A stretch of 64,000 nt of DNA. It comes from Craspedostauros australis (Eukaryota). Within the stretch, counting starts at the first letter, position 1, and every line of letters begins with the position of its first letter. A model generated the notes under the pieces. It had not been told where the DNA came from and ran no database searches. It saw only the letters and a list, made by a program, of their open reading frames with translations. Below are positions 47,880-58,869 of the stretch, piece after piece. The stretch spans positions 1-64,000 of the forward strand of contig JALAGF010002905.1 in assembly GCA_030167865.1 (NCBI GenBank). Direction: 5' to 3'. Both the position numbers and the translations under genes were made by a program.

Positions 47880-48503
47880 TTAGAAGACACCCTGGCCATC
47901 GCCGAATGGGGAGATGTGTCCAGCGGCGTACTGCTCGTACATGGTCTGGCCAGTGAGCTGCTCGGCAACCATGTTTCCGAAGATACCCATCATGGCGGCG
48001 CGTCCGTTGTTCAATTCGACATTCAGCTTGCGGGCCTTCTCTTCTGGGTCGGTGATCTCACGTCCGAACCAGCCGACGCCGTAGTCTCCGTCGTACTTGG
48101 AGGCTGGGAGCCATGCGAGCTCGATGAGAGCGATGAAGAGGAAGATCTGGGCGAGTCCAGCGGTTGGGACGGTGGCGATTCCAGCCATGCCGGTTGGGAC
48201 ATCAGAGAACTTGAGGTCGTTGGATGGGGAAAGGTATCCGTCGAAGACGATGTGGTTGTTGTGGATGATGACTCCCACAACGGCGGCCATAGCGATGCGT
48301 CCGTGCTTGCGCTCGACGGCACGACGGCGCTCGAAGGCCTCTGGCTCAGTCTCCAACCATCCAAGTGGATCGAAGACACCGAGTGGCTCAGTGACACCAA
48401 GCTCGAGCTCGCTGACCTGGAGGGCAGAGGTGGTCTTGGCAGACTGGGATGGGGCGAATGCGGCGGCGGAACCGGCGAGGAGGGCGGCGATGGCGAGCTT
48501 CAT
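47880..48503 (-). CDS. Light-harvesting protein, Lhcf15-like, copy B (207 aa), inverted paralog of copy A
   Basis: Same length and motifs as copy A; 185 of 207 residues identical by manual alignment. Confidence 0.93.
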   Translation of the reverse strand: MKLAIAALLAGSAAAFAPSQSAKTTSALQVSELELGVTEPLGVFDPLGWLETEPEAFERRRAVERKHGRIAMAAVVGVIIHNNHIVFDGYLSPSNDLKFSDVPTGMAGIATVPTAGLAQIFLFIALIELAWLPASKYDGDYGVGWFGREITDPEEKARKLNVELNNGRAAMMGIFGNMVAEQLTGQTMYEQYAAGHISPFGDGQGVF

Positions 48504-49189
48504 GGTGATCGGTATTTGGTATTGGTTGTTTGGGTGGTTGTTGGAGTTATGGTGTGATGAAGGGAAGCTCCTGTGTGTTTCTTGTTAGGCGTCTTCATCG
48601 GAAGGGGCTGGTCTCGCTTCCCACAGAGACCATGGCGGCCGACCAGGGTACACCAGAGCACGAACACACAGAGGTGTCAAGGCACAAACACACACACACA
48701 CCGAAAACAAGGTGAGGGGATCTTCACGTTTCCTCGTGGAAAGCGGAAGGATACGGTTCAACAACAGCAACAGAAAAGGACAGACGAAAGCGTTCAAGGT
48801 TGGCGCCTTCGGAGTCTGACCTTCGACCGATGCATGACGCTTCAAAGAGGGGATTTCTTTACCCCTAAAACTTATCAGGGGGCATATCTTCTTGGATGCG
48901 CAGAATCCCCCAAAATGAGAAATCAGAAAAGAACAACCAGTCGGAGTTTGCTGAATCATCGCAACTCACCTCCACCACCTTCTTCTGTGGATCGGTTTGT
49001 CATGCCGCCATCGCCATCACCATTGCCATCGGAGAGCGCAGTCATCATTGTCGTACCTCGTTGTTCGCGTTGGTCTCACGGGTGCTATCGTTCTGTCATA
49101 ATTCAGCATCGACTGTTGTGTCGCACAAGAGGCTTTCTGTACCCGCACGCTGGCGCTCGTTACCGAGAGCAGCACCAATTGAACACATC

Positions 49190-50509
49190 ATGAGTCAAGC
49201 AAGAACCCTCTTTCACAGAGTCGTGGACGGCTTCATCTTGAAGCCAAAGACGTTCACGCAGACGGCGTGGTCTGCTGCGTTGGGGTTGGGTTCCCTGTTC
49301 GATGAGAAGAGCAGGAAGTCCTTCAAGCACTATCTGGATGAGGGCGTGATCAACGCGGACGTGATATCGCAGGCCACCACAGGACCCATCATGATGCTGT
49401 CCCTCCTGCACGAGCTCAACAGCCCGCTCTTCAAGAAGTACGATGTAGATCCCAAGCAGTTCCTGGAGGGCGTGGCGCCAGCACTGGAGAACTTCCACAA
49501 CACTTCGGGCGCGTTGGAGAACCAGCTGTGGCGCACGCATCAGATGAATCTTGTCGGGGCTACCGAGACGAAGGACAATCAAAGTGCGGCTGCCAAAGCG
49601 GACGCCACAGTTGATGGCAAAGACGACAGTGGGGAGGAGACGAAAAAGGAGACAAAGGATGCCAATGGCATCGATGCCGCAAAGAGCCAAGGTGAGGGAG
49701 GACCAGAAAAAGAGCTGTTGGAATTCATGACATCGTCGGATTTCTTTTCTTCGAAATCCAAAATGTCGAAGAACGAAGCTGAATTGGTGCTGAATCACAA
49801 CTGGTCGAATGAGGCCCAAAGTGACCCTGACTCGCTCGCTGGTCAGCTCTCCAGGATGACCACCAAGCAGCTGTTCCAACTGCACGAGCTTTCCGCCAAG
49901 ACCACCTTCCTGCTCCAAAATCACACCGGGACGTACGAATTCAAGGAGGGCAGCTGCAACATCGACAACGTCGCACTGCTAAGCGCGAGAGCATGCCGCG
50001 AGGTCGAACACAAAGACGCTATTGATGAAGCCAACTCATTCAAGCATTTCGAACCCATCGATTTCAGCATCGACGCCAGCGACATGAAGGACGACGAAAG
50101 GGTCGCTGCGCAGTTCGAGGTCCTCTACAGTCTGACGCAGTCTTTCTTCAAAAAGAAGAGACCGAATGAGCTGAAAATGGATATCAACGATGCCACGAAC
50201 CTTGTTCGTGCGAGTAATGGTGCAGATGCAGAGAGCGAAGCCAATGAAAAGAAAGACGAGAAAGGCTCGACGATATCTTCATCGTCGACGTCGTCGTCGT
50301 CATCAGCCTCACCATCGTCAAAATCAAAAAGCTCATCAAGCGGAGATGATGGCGACGACAGCGTGGAGAAATCTCTTCTCACGACCACAAGCGTCAGCGT
50401 TGTGACGATTGAAGGATTTCTCAACGGAGGACCTGAAGATGAGCCAGGGTGGCGAATGGTGATGACTAGACCAGCACACGAGTTCCCTGACATACGTGCG
50501 TCAATGTGA
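49190..50509 (+). CDS. Hypothetical protein, weakly Tim44/MAIP1-like; start uncertain (upstream in-frame ATG at 48896)
   Basis: Long ORF with coding-like codon use. YDVDPKQFLEGV..A near the N-terminus and a C-terminal VTIEG..WRMV recall Tim44-like folds. The family call is weak. Confidence 0.6.
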   Translation: MSQARTLFHRVVDGFILKPKTFTQTAWSAALGLGSLFDEKSRKSFKHYLDEGVINADVISQATTGPIMMLSLLHELNSPLFKKYDVDPKQFLEGVAPALENFHNTSGALENQLWRTHQMNLVGATETKDNQSAAAKADATVDGKDDSGEETKKETKDANGIDAAKSQGEGGPEKELLEFMTSSDFFSSKSKMSKNEAELVLNHNWSNEAQSDPDSLAGQLSRMTTKQLFQLHELSAKTTFLLQNHTGTYEFKEGSCNIDNVALLSARACREVEHKDAIDEANSFKHFEPIDFSIDASDMKDDERVAAQFEVLYSLTQSFFKKKRPNELKMDINDATNLVRASNGADAESEANEKKDEKGSTISSSSTSSSSSASPSSKSKSSSSGDDGDDSVEKSLLTTTSVSVVTIEGFLNGGPEDEPGWRMVMTRPAHEFPDIRASM

Positions 50510-51107
50510 TGATGATGCTATTGCTGCGAATGATACAAACGATGCAAGGTAGTTCCGCATTGACTCCGAGAGGTCGGAGAAAGACGCCGTCCTGTCGGAA
50601 ACACGGCCCAGACGGAACTCTCCTACCAGAGGAGATACTGTGGTGAGCCAACAAAAGATTAAAAACAATCCACAGAGCAATGGCCACCATTCCTTGTCTA
50701 TGAGTGCTTATCCCAGCATCCATGTGTTTATTGTACTCTTCCTCCATGGTCTATCCAGTAGATACGTTGTCATCACTTCGCTGCGATTCGTTGTTGATGA
50801 TGGAGCAACGATTCCACGTGGAAGTGAGACTTTCCGTGTCCATGTCGAAGGTCGTCGGTCGTCCGTATCTGCGATTCTCACCTTGTCGTTTTCGTTTTCC
50901 TTCGATGAGGATCCATTGCATTCCATGGCTTCGCCTGTCTCCTGTGACGACCACCAGCCACCCACACAATCGAACTTCCATCCATCCATCGATGCACAAC
51001 TTGGCAACACCATCAGAGCCGAGAGTATTGCAAAGGCAGGAATCTTTCGCACTTGTGACGATCCACATCACATCATCAACAGCAAGCGTCCAACAGAGGT
51101 CGCAATC

Positions 51108-51572
51108 ATGGAACCCCAAGCGCTCCCAAAGCCATCGCAACAAGATGGCGACAGCGGCGTCAGCCATGCCCCACAGACGCAAGGACAGCTGAATGCGTTG
51201 CTACTGGAGGCCGAGTACCTCCAGCTTGTGTCTTCGATCCGGGCTTTGTTTCAGAGCAATCAATTCCTCGAGGAGGAACTGCGCAAGGATCCAAACGATG
51301 CGGACTACCTGCAAGCCGTGCGTGAGAACGTCATCGCCATGCAAAAGAAGCGCTTTCGGTTGGTGCAGATCGTCACGGATGTACGACGGCAGGGCACGAG
51401 CAGCGTATTGGATATACCGCAGGATATACAGGCAATGAACATCGACGCATGGGTGAAGAATTCGGTTGGGATGGCGACTGTGGAGGAGGATCGAGAAGAG
51501 CAAGTAGACGCGACGCAGCAAAATGAAGCAAAGGAAGCTGACGGGGCCAGTGATGCTGGGGTGTATTTGTAG
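51108..51572 (+). CDS. Small coiled-coil protein, possibly Tma17/Adc17-like (about 154 aa)
   Basis: LVSSIRALFQSNQFLEE..DPNDADYLQAVRENVIAM resembles the L..SI..L..SN..L..D..AI.EN pattern I associate with fungal Tma17. Confidence 0.6.
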   Translation: MEPQALPKPSQQDGDSGVSHAPQTQGQLNALLLEAEYLQLVSSIRALFQSNQFLEEELRKDPNDADYLQAVRENVIAMQKKRFRLVQIVTDVRRQGTSSVLDIPQDIQAMNIDAWVKNSVGMATVEEDREEQVDATQQNEAKEADGASDAGVYL

Positions 51573-51964
51573 TCTGCGCTCTCTCTCTCTCTCTTCCCAA
51601 GTACAAGGACATCATCATAAAAAAGAAGCGTTGGGTACTGTGAAATATAAAACAAAGTCCTGCACCAAGGACAGTGCTCATGCTGCAGACGTAGAATAGC
51701 CACGGCGGCGACCAAAGTGGAGCACTCTATTCGGCGCTCTTCTGCTTTCAAAACGTGCTGATTGCACGATCCAAGTCAAGCCCATCGTTTCCAACTCGAC
51801 GCGATGGCCAGAGCAAAACATGGCAGAGGACAAGAGCATAAAATTTCATTAATATTGCTCTGCATACGACGAGTCGTCTGAGATCTGCTATCCTACATCG
51901 CAATGCATTGCATGTCATCTACGTTGCTCGTTTTTGGTTGGCCCAGTTTAATCCCATTCCAGCT

Positions 51965-53884
51965 TCACTTGCTGCTGCTGCTACTACTACTCTTCTGTGT
52001 ATCTTTTTCTTCTTCTCCTTCTCTTTCTCCCAAGGATATCAGGCTCAGTTCACGTTTGCGCGGCGTGATGAATCGCAGCTGCGATCGCGATTTGGCAATC
52101 AGAGGATGGCGCTTGTCACTCTTGCGGAACTTGATGTACACTTCTTCGTCGTCACGTTGGTGAGACTGTCGCAACCGCATGGGTTCTTCCGCTGGCATTT
52201 GCAACATCTTCATTTCGGCAGCTGCCTTGGCCTGGGCGGCGATTGCGGGGTTCAGGTGGAACTTCAGTCCGGCGACGGCCCATGCGGAAGAACCGAACGG
52301 ATTCGACAGTTCAGGGTCATCCACATCGGCACGCTGTTCTCCCGACGTGATGACATCCTGTTCATCATCGAGGATCTGATGTACTGTGGGGTACTTTTGC
52401 AGTATCTGCCGTGCCAAAGCAATCAACGGCACGCTCGTGCTGGCAGGCGTATGCAGGGAGACGTCCATGATGCGCTTGACGAATGCTGCCACACGCACCA
52501 TGGAGAATTCGCGGCGTTTCAAGAAAGCCGACGTCAGGCAGTCGATGACTGTGGTCGTGTTCGCCTTGCTGTTGGATTCCGTGATCAGTCGTGTGATCTG
52601 CGTGTACAGAGGCGTGATGTACTCCTTGATGTCTATGTTCAGTTCCTTGCCGGGACCCTGCAGCGTTTGGAAGGCGGTCAGGACACAGTTGAGAGACGCC
52701 TCCAATGGGAGCTTGTCGACGTCGGCCAGGAGCTGCTTGAGAATCTCCAGCAGATCCAGCACGGTGTCAATGTTGATGAGATGCGCGAACTTGGCAAGGC
52801 CCTCCAAAGCCGGTGGCAGCAGTTCCCGCTTCGAGTCGGATTCGAACGATTTCAGAATGCGAAAGTAGGTCAGCACCACCGTCTGTAAAGTCTCTGATTG
52901 GCACCGTGCCAGCATGATCTTGTCGATGCTGGCAGAACTTTCCTTCAATTCATCCTCGATTTCCGTCAGCTCCTTGTCACGCCGCCGTTTCTTCTTGTTG
53001 GCGCTGGTGGCTAGCTTGGCCGCGATGGCCTCGTCGATGTGCACCCGCAGCGGGAGCTTGGCGAATGTGCGAAGGACCGAATTGCGCAGCGATCCTTTGT
53101 ATTCACGAATCAATTTGGACACCATCCGAGAAGTTTCCAACGCGACGTCGCCCTGCGCGTCGTTCTGGAAGATGTAGGCGATGGCCTCGCAGCATGCGTC
53201 GCTGACCTGCTCACTGCGCCTGTGATTCATCTGCTTGACGACCATAGTGATGACGTTAGAACGGAAGTTGAAATGATACGCGCTCTTCGCCAGCTCGCAT
53301 GCCGAGAGGATGGCGGTGGTGGCGACCTGCGACGGCTGCTTGCCTTTCCCTTGCAACGTCTTCCACGCCTTTTCGATGAGCTGCAGGAACTGCTGGTAGT
53401 GCGTCAACAGGGCTCGTTCGTAATCCCACATCTGCTTCGTTTCCTTGGTGACCCTCGTCGCCTGCTCGGCTTCTGTCGGCGGTCGGATGCGATAGGACGG
53501 GATGATGTCCTTGAACAGCGCGAGGACTGACATGATCGCCAGGCTCGCGATGTACTCGTCGTTGCCATTCTTGTACACTCTGCCGAGATCCAGAAGCTTT
53601 TGCATTTTGGACGGCAGCCGGAGCACCTTCTCGCCTTCGTCGGACGGGATCTTCGTCCGCTCCATGGAGAACGCCTTGGTGGGATCCTTCATGATGTCCT
53701 CGCTGATCTCCGCGATCATGTCGCATTTCTCCTCCGGTGATATCGATTCGTAGGATAGCAGCGCATCTTCCAATTCGTCAGTGTTGGCATCATCGCCATC
53801 ATCGTTACTCTGCTGTTTCCCCCTTTCCTCCTGCTCTTCCTGCTGCTGCCGCCGCCCTCCTTTTCTTGGCCGTCTCTTTGCCAT
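51965..53884 (-). CDS. NOC3: Nucleolar complex protein 3 (CBF/Mak21 family)
   Basis: LFKDIIPSYRIRP, WDYERALL..YQQFL, HFNFRSN, ALEGLAKFAHLINID, RVAAFVKR and DDPELSNP. Confidence 0.92.
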   Translation of the reverse strand: MAKRRPRKGGRRQQQEEQEERGKQQSNDDGDDANTDELEDALLSYESISPEEKCDMIAEISEDIMKDPTKAFSMERTKIPSDEGEKVLRLPSKMQKLLDLGRVYKNGNDEYIASLAIMSVLALFKDIIPSYRIRPPTEAEQATRVTKETKQMWDYERALLTHYQQFLQLIEKAWKTLQGKGKQPSQVATTAILSACELAKSAYHFNFRSNVITMVVKQMNHRRSEQVSDACCEAIAYIFQNDAQGDVALETSRMVSKLIREYKGSLRNSVLRTFAKLPLRVHIDEAIAAKLATSANKKKRRRDKELTEIEDELKESSASIDKIMLARCQSETLQTVVLTYFRILKSFESDSKRELLPPALEGLAKFAHLINIDTVLDLLEILKQLLADVDKLPLEASLNCVLTAFQTLQGPGKELNIDIKEYITPLYTQITRLITESNSKANTTTVIDCLTSAFLKRREFSMVRVAAFVKRIMDVSLHTPASTSVPLIALARQILQKYPTVHQILDDEQDVITSGEQRADVDDPELSNPFGSSAWAVAGLKFHLNPAIAAQAKAAAEMKMLQMPAEEPMRLRQSHQRDDEEVYIKFRKSDKRHPLIAKSRSQLRFITPRKRELSLISLGEREGEEEKDTQKSSSSSSSK

Positions 53885-55496
53885 TGTGATGGTTCTGCTT
53901 GTCGCCGGTTGGGGTGTTGGATCGATCGATCAATCGATGGGTGGACGGAGAGCGCGCGATTCAATCGGGCTTATCTCGTTTGAACTGCGTTGGGCAGGTT
54001 TGGATTGAACGGAAGTGAGGCAACTGGTTACGTATGGTGCTCGCACAAACATATTCACTGGCGCCGTTGGAGGTTGGTGCTCTGTCTGTTGATGCTCTGT
54101 CTGGTGGTGCTCATCTGCATGTTCGGTGTTTGATGGCTTCTCACAATTTGGTTTTGCTTTTTTGCGTTTTGGTTTGCGCTTTGGTTTGTTGGTCAAGTAT
54201 CTCCGTCTGTCAGGCGACCAGTGTTGCAGGCTATTGAGATAAAGATAGTTTACGTCCTTAATCTGCATGAGTGGGCATCCCACTTTCCAGAGATGTGTAC
54301 ATTCCGGTGCGAGTAGATTGCAGCCCCGTCGTAGTCATAGAACACTTGTCTCGTCTCACCAACTGCTGTTACTTATCACAAGTGGAAAAGACAGTCCTCT
54401 CTCTCTCTCTCCAGCGATGCCCTTTCATCAATGGCATCACATCCATGTTGGCGCGCATGTCTGTGGACGAGCATAGTCGCAGGATCCAACCCGAGGCTGT
54501 CCCAAGTCGAGAAACAGCTCAAGAAGGAACGACAGTAACTGCCTGGGCAGATGCAACTGACAACAATGGATGCATCGCGATAGACAACACGCACTCCAGA
54601 GTTCGAGGATTCAGGAGCGCCGGCGACGTTGCCTGCAGAACGATGTTCCTCGTGCATCATCTTCCTTTGTGGACGAGAGCACATGGCAAACTTCGCGGCT
54701 GCTCGAACAAGAGACTGCGAACAACGATAAAGTACCATCATGTTCGATGCTGGATACGCCTCCAGTGTGGAGCGTCTCGGGTCTTCGCACCATCTATCCG
54801 GCAACGGTGGAAGATGCAAGAGATACGGAAACAAAATGATTTTAATTTTTACAGCTTGTGTTTGCAATTGGTGGTTCGAGTTGGAGTCAACATCAGGGCA
54901 TTACCACCAACGCCAACACCAACCCAAACACCAACGCACGTTTTTTGTGGTGAATTGGAGCCATCCACAAGCTGGTGTACTCGTACACACCCATGATTGG
55001 ACGGTGTGTGTTGGTCCACTGGCTGACTGACTGACTGGTTGGGTTGGCGGTACTTATCCTGGCTTGGTGCGAGATGGTTGGTTGGGCACATGATTTCACG
55101 GTGAAGAGGTGGGATAGGAGCGGGACAAGAAAACCACATGATTGCGGCGATCCACCAGTCAATGTGACGAACTGGAATCCAGGCACTCTTGTGAGTATGC
55201 ATCCTCATTGTTGACATGCACAAATGTGTGTCTATGGCCACATGTGAGATGCCTCCCTTTCGCCGGTGCGTGGATGCGAATTCGTTCCACCATTTTCAGT
55301 TGGTGTCACGTCCTTTTGTTTCTATCGCAACCGCCCCTGCTGCTGTTGTTGTCGACGCCGTCGTGGTTGTTTCGCAAACTCTGGGTACGAAGAGATCATG
55401 AAGTGGTATGGTTAGAGTGCTTCTGGTTTGGCAGGGAACAAGAGCGATCGGAAGAAGTCGTGTTGCGCAGAACGGATCGCTCTGTTCGACTCAACT

Positions 55497-57203
55497 CTAG
55501 CAACAGTTGCTCTTCTCCTGCTGTGGAGCTGTGAGTGGGAACGCCTCGCGTTCTGGCTGCGGAGCGCTCTTTGGCAGCTTCTTTGCGATCTCGACGAAGA
55601 GGGCCTTGACGTTGTTGGCGTTCTTGGCAGACGTCTCCAGATGAAGAATGCCATTCTCATTGGCGTATGCGTTGGCCTCCGCAAAATCGACCTTGCGTCG
55701 TGCCTCCAGATCGGCCTTGTTTCCTGCAAGGGCGATGACAACGTTTGGATCCCCGCGTCTTTGCAATTCCTTCACCCATGACTTGGCACCGGCGAACGAA
55801 TCTAGGTTTGTGATGTCGTACACAACAATTGCGGCGGACGCTCCACGGTAGTACATGGGTGCGAGAGATCTGTATCGCTCTTGTCCCGCAGTATCCTGTT
55901 GTGGACGTCAACGCAGGCACATTCGTGAAGAGGGGACAAATAGAAGACACGGAGAGGGTTGGAAGGAGTTAGAAGGGTTGCAACAGAGGAGACGCAGCAC
56001 GGTACGACACAACATGGCGTGATGGGGCAAGGGAGATCAAGGAATGTTGGCATGCGCTGTGGAGGTCGGAAAGTTGGAATCGGCTGGTTTTCAATGCATA
56101 TCCGTTCTGTGTTCGACGGAAGTCGCACCCGGATGTGACCTCTTCAAGTTTCCCGTGTCTGTCTCCGCGGAGAGGAAAGACGTCAGCAACTATTCTGACT
56201 TGCTGGTTGTCACAAAGCGTCGTTTTGTCCCTGGTTGGATGCGGTGCAACCCATGGCGCAGCGAACTTACCCAGATTTCGAATTTTACGGTGGAGTCATC
56301 AAGTTGGACGGACTGTGTCAAGAAAGCAGCTGATGGTGGAAAGACGAAGGTTGTGTGTTGGTGATGGTGTCGTTGGTGACGTTCATGTCCCGTGCAAATG
56401 TACGAGCATTTTGTTGCGCATGCATTGTGATCGTCATGGTTGCAATTCATTGCGTTGAGTTGTCACAGAGCGTAGTGGTTGATGTTGTTGCGATGAAGAA
56501 TAGAGCAGAGTAGAAGAGTATGGCGAAGTGTGTACCGCACAGTATGACGTTGATTGTGCACCAAGGTAGAGTAGAGTGCAGAAAACAGTCCGTCAAGGTG
56601 ACCACGACAACGCCGAGAGACCGACACAAGGACGGGAGGAAAGGCGGGAAACCGAAGGAATTCGTCATTGCGTGGGGAAGTTTGGGTGAGACAGAAGGAA
56701 ACAGAGCATCAAAAGGGGGCGTGAGCGTTGTAAATCTCCGACCGTTCGTTTGGACCGCAGGCAGCGATGATCGCGGCTGAAGCGAAGCAGACAGTAAACC
56801 ACGCCGCTGGTGCTGGCACTTGATGCCTGTTGTCGGCTTCGTTTTTGTTCTCGATGTTGCTCCTCTTCGCCATTCGTGTTCCTTGTCGCCGTGAGCAGAA
56901 CACACAGGACTGAAGCTGCGGAGCTGGTGCTCATTGCCATACACTCCGATAGTGTCAAAGGAAATTGGATGCACCAAGCAGGACGGGCATGATGGGCACA
57001 ACGGCAATCAGGATGGGACCACCAGGATGACAAAGAGAACGACTCTTCGAAGCGCAGAGCGGACTGCTTCGCCACTTACCGCCTATTGTTGGTTCTTGGA
57101 ACTCGAAGAATTCATCTCGCACGAATCGAACCACCAGACAAGACTTTCCGACTGCTGTATCTCCCAGAAGGACGAGCTTGAAGTGATGAACGCCGCTTGT
57201 CAT
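55497..57203 (-). CDS. RAB5: Rab5-family small GTPase; 3 exons (57203-57080, 56329-56271, 55895-55497), 193 aa
   Basis: [62 protein letters not shown] and C-terminal CC. Both introns are GTAAGT..CAG (582 nt spliced). Confidence 0.95.
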
Positions 57204-58071
57204 TGTGATGCTTGATTTCTCTTGGTGCCTCAGCGTATGAATTGGTGTGTGTGTGATGTTGACGCTGTCGATGTGCTTTGGGTGCAAGGGCTATCGGAAA
57301 GACGGTTGCTCCTATTTCCTCGTGATGTGAGCTGTGCTGGATTTGCTGGCGTGTGTGTGCTTTTTTGTGCTCCCTCTGGCTCCTTGTTCTTGTTGTCGTG
57401 GTGGTGGTTAAGTTGCAGCACGCCAACTGTGCTACTCGCACAGAGTCTTAGCTGTTCGTGGGAAGCATCGTGAGAAGAGGGCTCTGCGTGTTGCCGCGTG
57501 TTCGCTGTCACGCGAGATCATGTTCGCAGCGTGTGTGTTTGTGTGTGCCGTGTTCCTGCGCGCGTGGGCGGGATTTGATACCAACCCACGACACCACCGT
57601 GTCACCACAAGACTCAGAACGCCGGTTGGAACTGTTCGTTGCGAATTTGTTCGAAGAGAGAAGAAAGAACGCAGAGGAGGCACATGAATCTTGTTACGTT
57701 CTGGAGCAGTCGATTGAGTCGATTTGAATTCGTTCGAGAACTCGTGATGTCACATGTCTCCATCCACGACTTCGCGATTCCTCTCGTCACATTTGACCGT
57801 TGACGAACAACGAAAGAGCAAGTCGGCGGGAGAGCGGAGAAGTTCCCACCACGCACACCACCCACACCAAATGTCCGCGACTATGACCACCGAGCGTCCC
57901 CCAACTCATTCATGTCACCATCTCGGCACCTCCCACTCTGTTGTCCACCATCTGCGTTCCGATCGTCAATCAACAATTGTAGCGCAACCGGCAGCATCAA
58001 CGCCAACACTGCCACTCGACTAATACTGTTACTCCACTGCTATCGCTGCTACCGCTGCTACCACTGCGACC

Positions 58072-58869
58072 ATGCTGCCATACCAACAGAGCCGGCGACT
58101 GAACGAGGCGAAGTACATCAAGAAGTACAAGCGGTCGTTGCAGCTCAACATCCTGCTCGCCGCCATCGTCATCACCCTCATCTGGGACAAGTTCGTGCTA
58201 CGAGGCAGCTTGGCAACCGCGGCCAACAACAGCAATGCCAATGCCAATGTCAATGCTAACACGCCCATGATACTGTCGATGGAAGACAGCAAGCTGAAGA
58301 TCGACCAGCAGACCTGGCACGGCGGACATCCGCCGAAGACGCACAGCGGTTCGTGCTGGTGCTCCGACACGAACTACTGCCTCTGCACGCCCAATTCTAC
58401 AATCGACCTCATCGTCGCCACCGGCAAGCATCAGGAGTACGTGTGGCTCGTGCGACGGCAAGATACCAATCAGCTCGCAACGATGGGCGGATTCGTGGAA
58501 CTGTCCGAAAATGCCGAGACGACGGTGCGCCGCGAACTGCAGGAGGAGATGGGCCTGACGCTGACCACGTCGTTGTCATTGCTGGGGGTCTTCTCCGATC
58601 CGCGGCGCGATGATCGTCGTCAGACCTCGTCGACCGTGTTCGTGGCGCAGATTGCCGAAGACGTGACGCCGCATGGTGGGGATGATGCCAAGGAGGCCGT
58701 GCGAATTCACCTCGATGAGATCGAGGATCATGATTACTTCTCCGACCATCTGACAATCCTCATGGACTACCGTGACATGGTGCGCAAGTCGCAGGGCAAG
58801 GAACCCAGCGCAAGACGGAAACAAGGAATTGCATCAGACGTCGCCAGAACCTTGTGTCATTCGCTTTGA
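58072..58869 (+). CDS. Nudix hydrolase with N-terminal transmembrane anchor (265 aa)
   Basis: Nudix box GGFVELSENAETTVRRELQEEMGL, plus SDPRRDDR and GGDDAKE. Hydrophobic LNILLAAIVITLIW follows a basic stretch. Confidence 0.88.
   Translation: MLPYQQSRRLNEAKYIKKYKRSLQLNILLAAIVITLIWDKFVLRGSLATAANNSNANANVNANTPMILSMEDSKLKIDQQTWHGGHPPKTHSGSCWCSDTNYCLCTPNSTIDLIVATGKHQEYVWLVRRQDTNQLATMGGFVELSENAETTVRRELQEEMGLTLTTSLSLLGVFSDPRRDDRRQTSSTVFVAQIAEDVTPHGGDDAKEAVRIHLDEIEDHDYFSDHLTILMDYRDMVRKSQGKEPSARRKQGIASDVARTLCHSL

Noticed and set aside
54271-54996. 241-aa ORF between NOC3 and Rab5
   Set aside because: Non-ATG start, no codon bias or motif, and it spans a CT microsatellite; probably non-coding.
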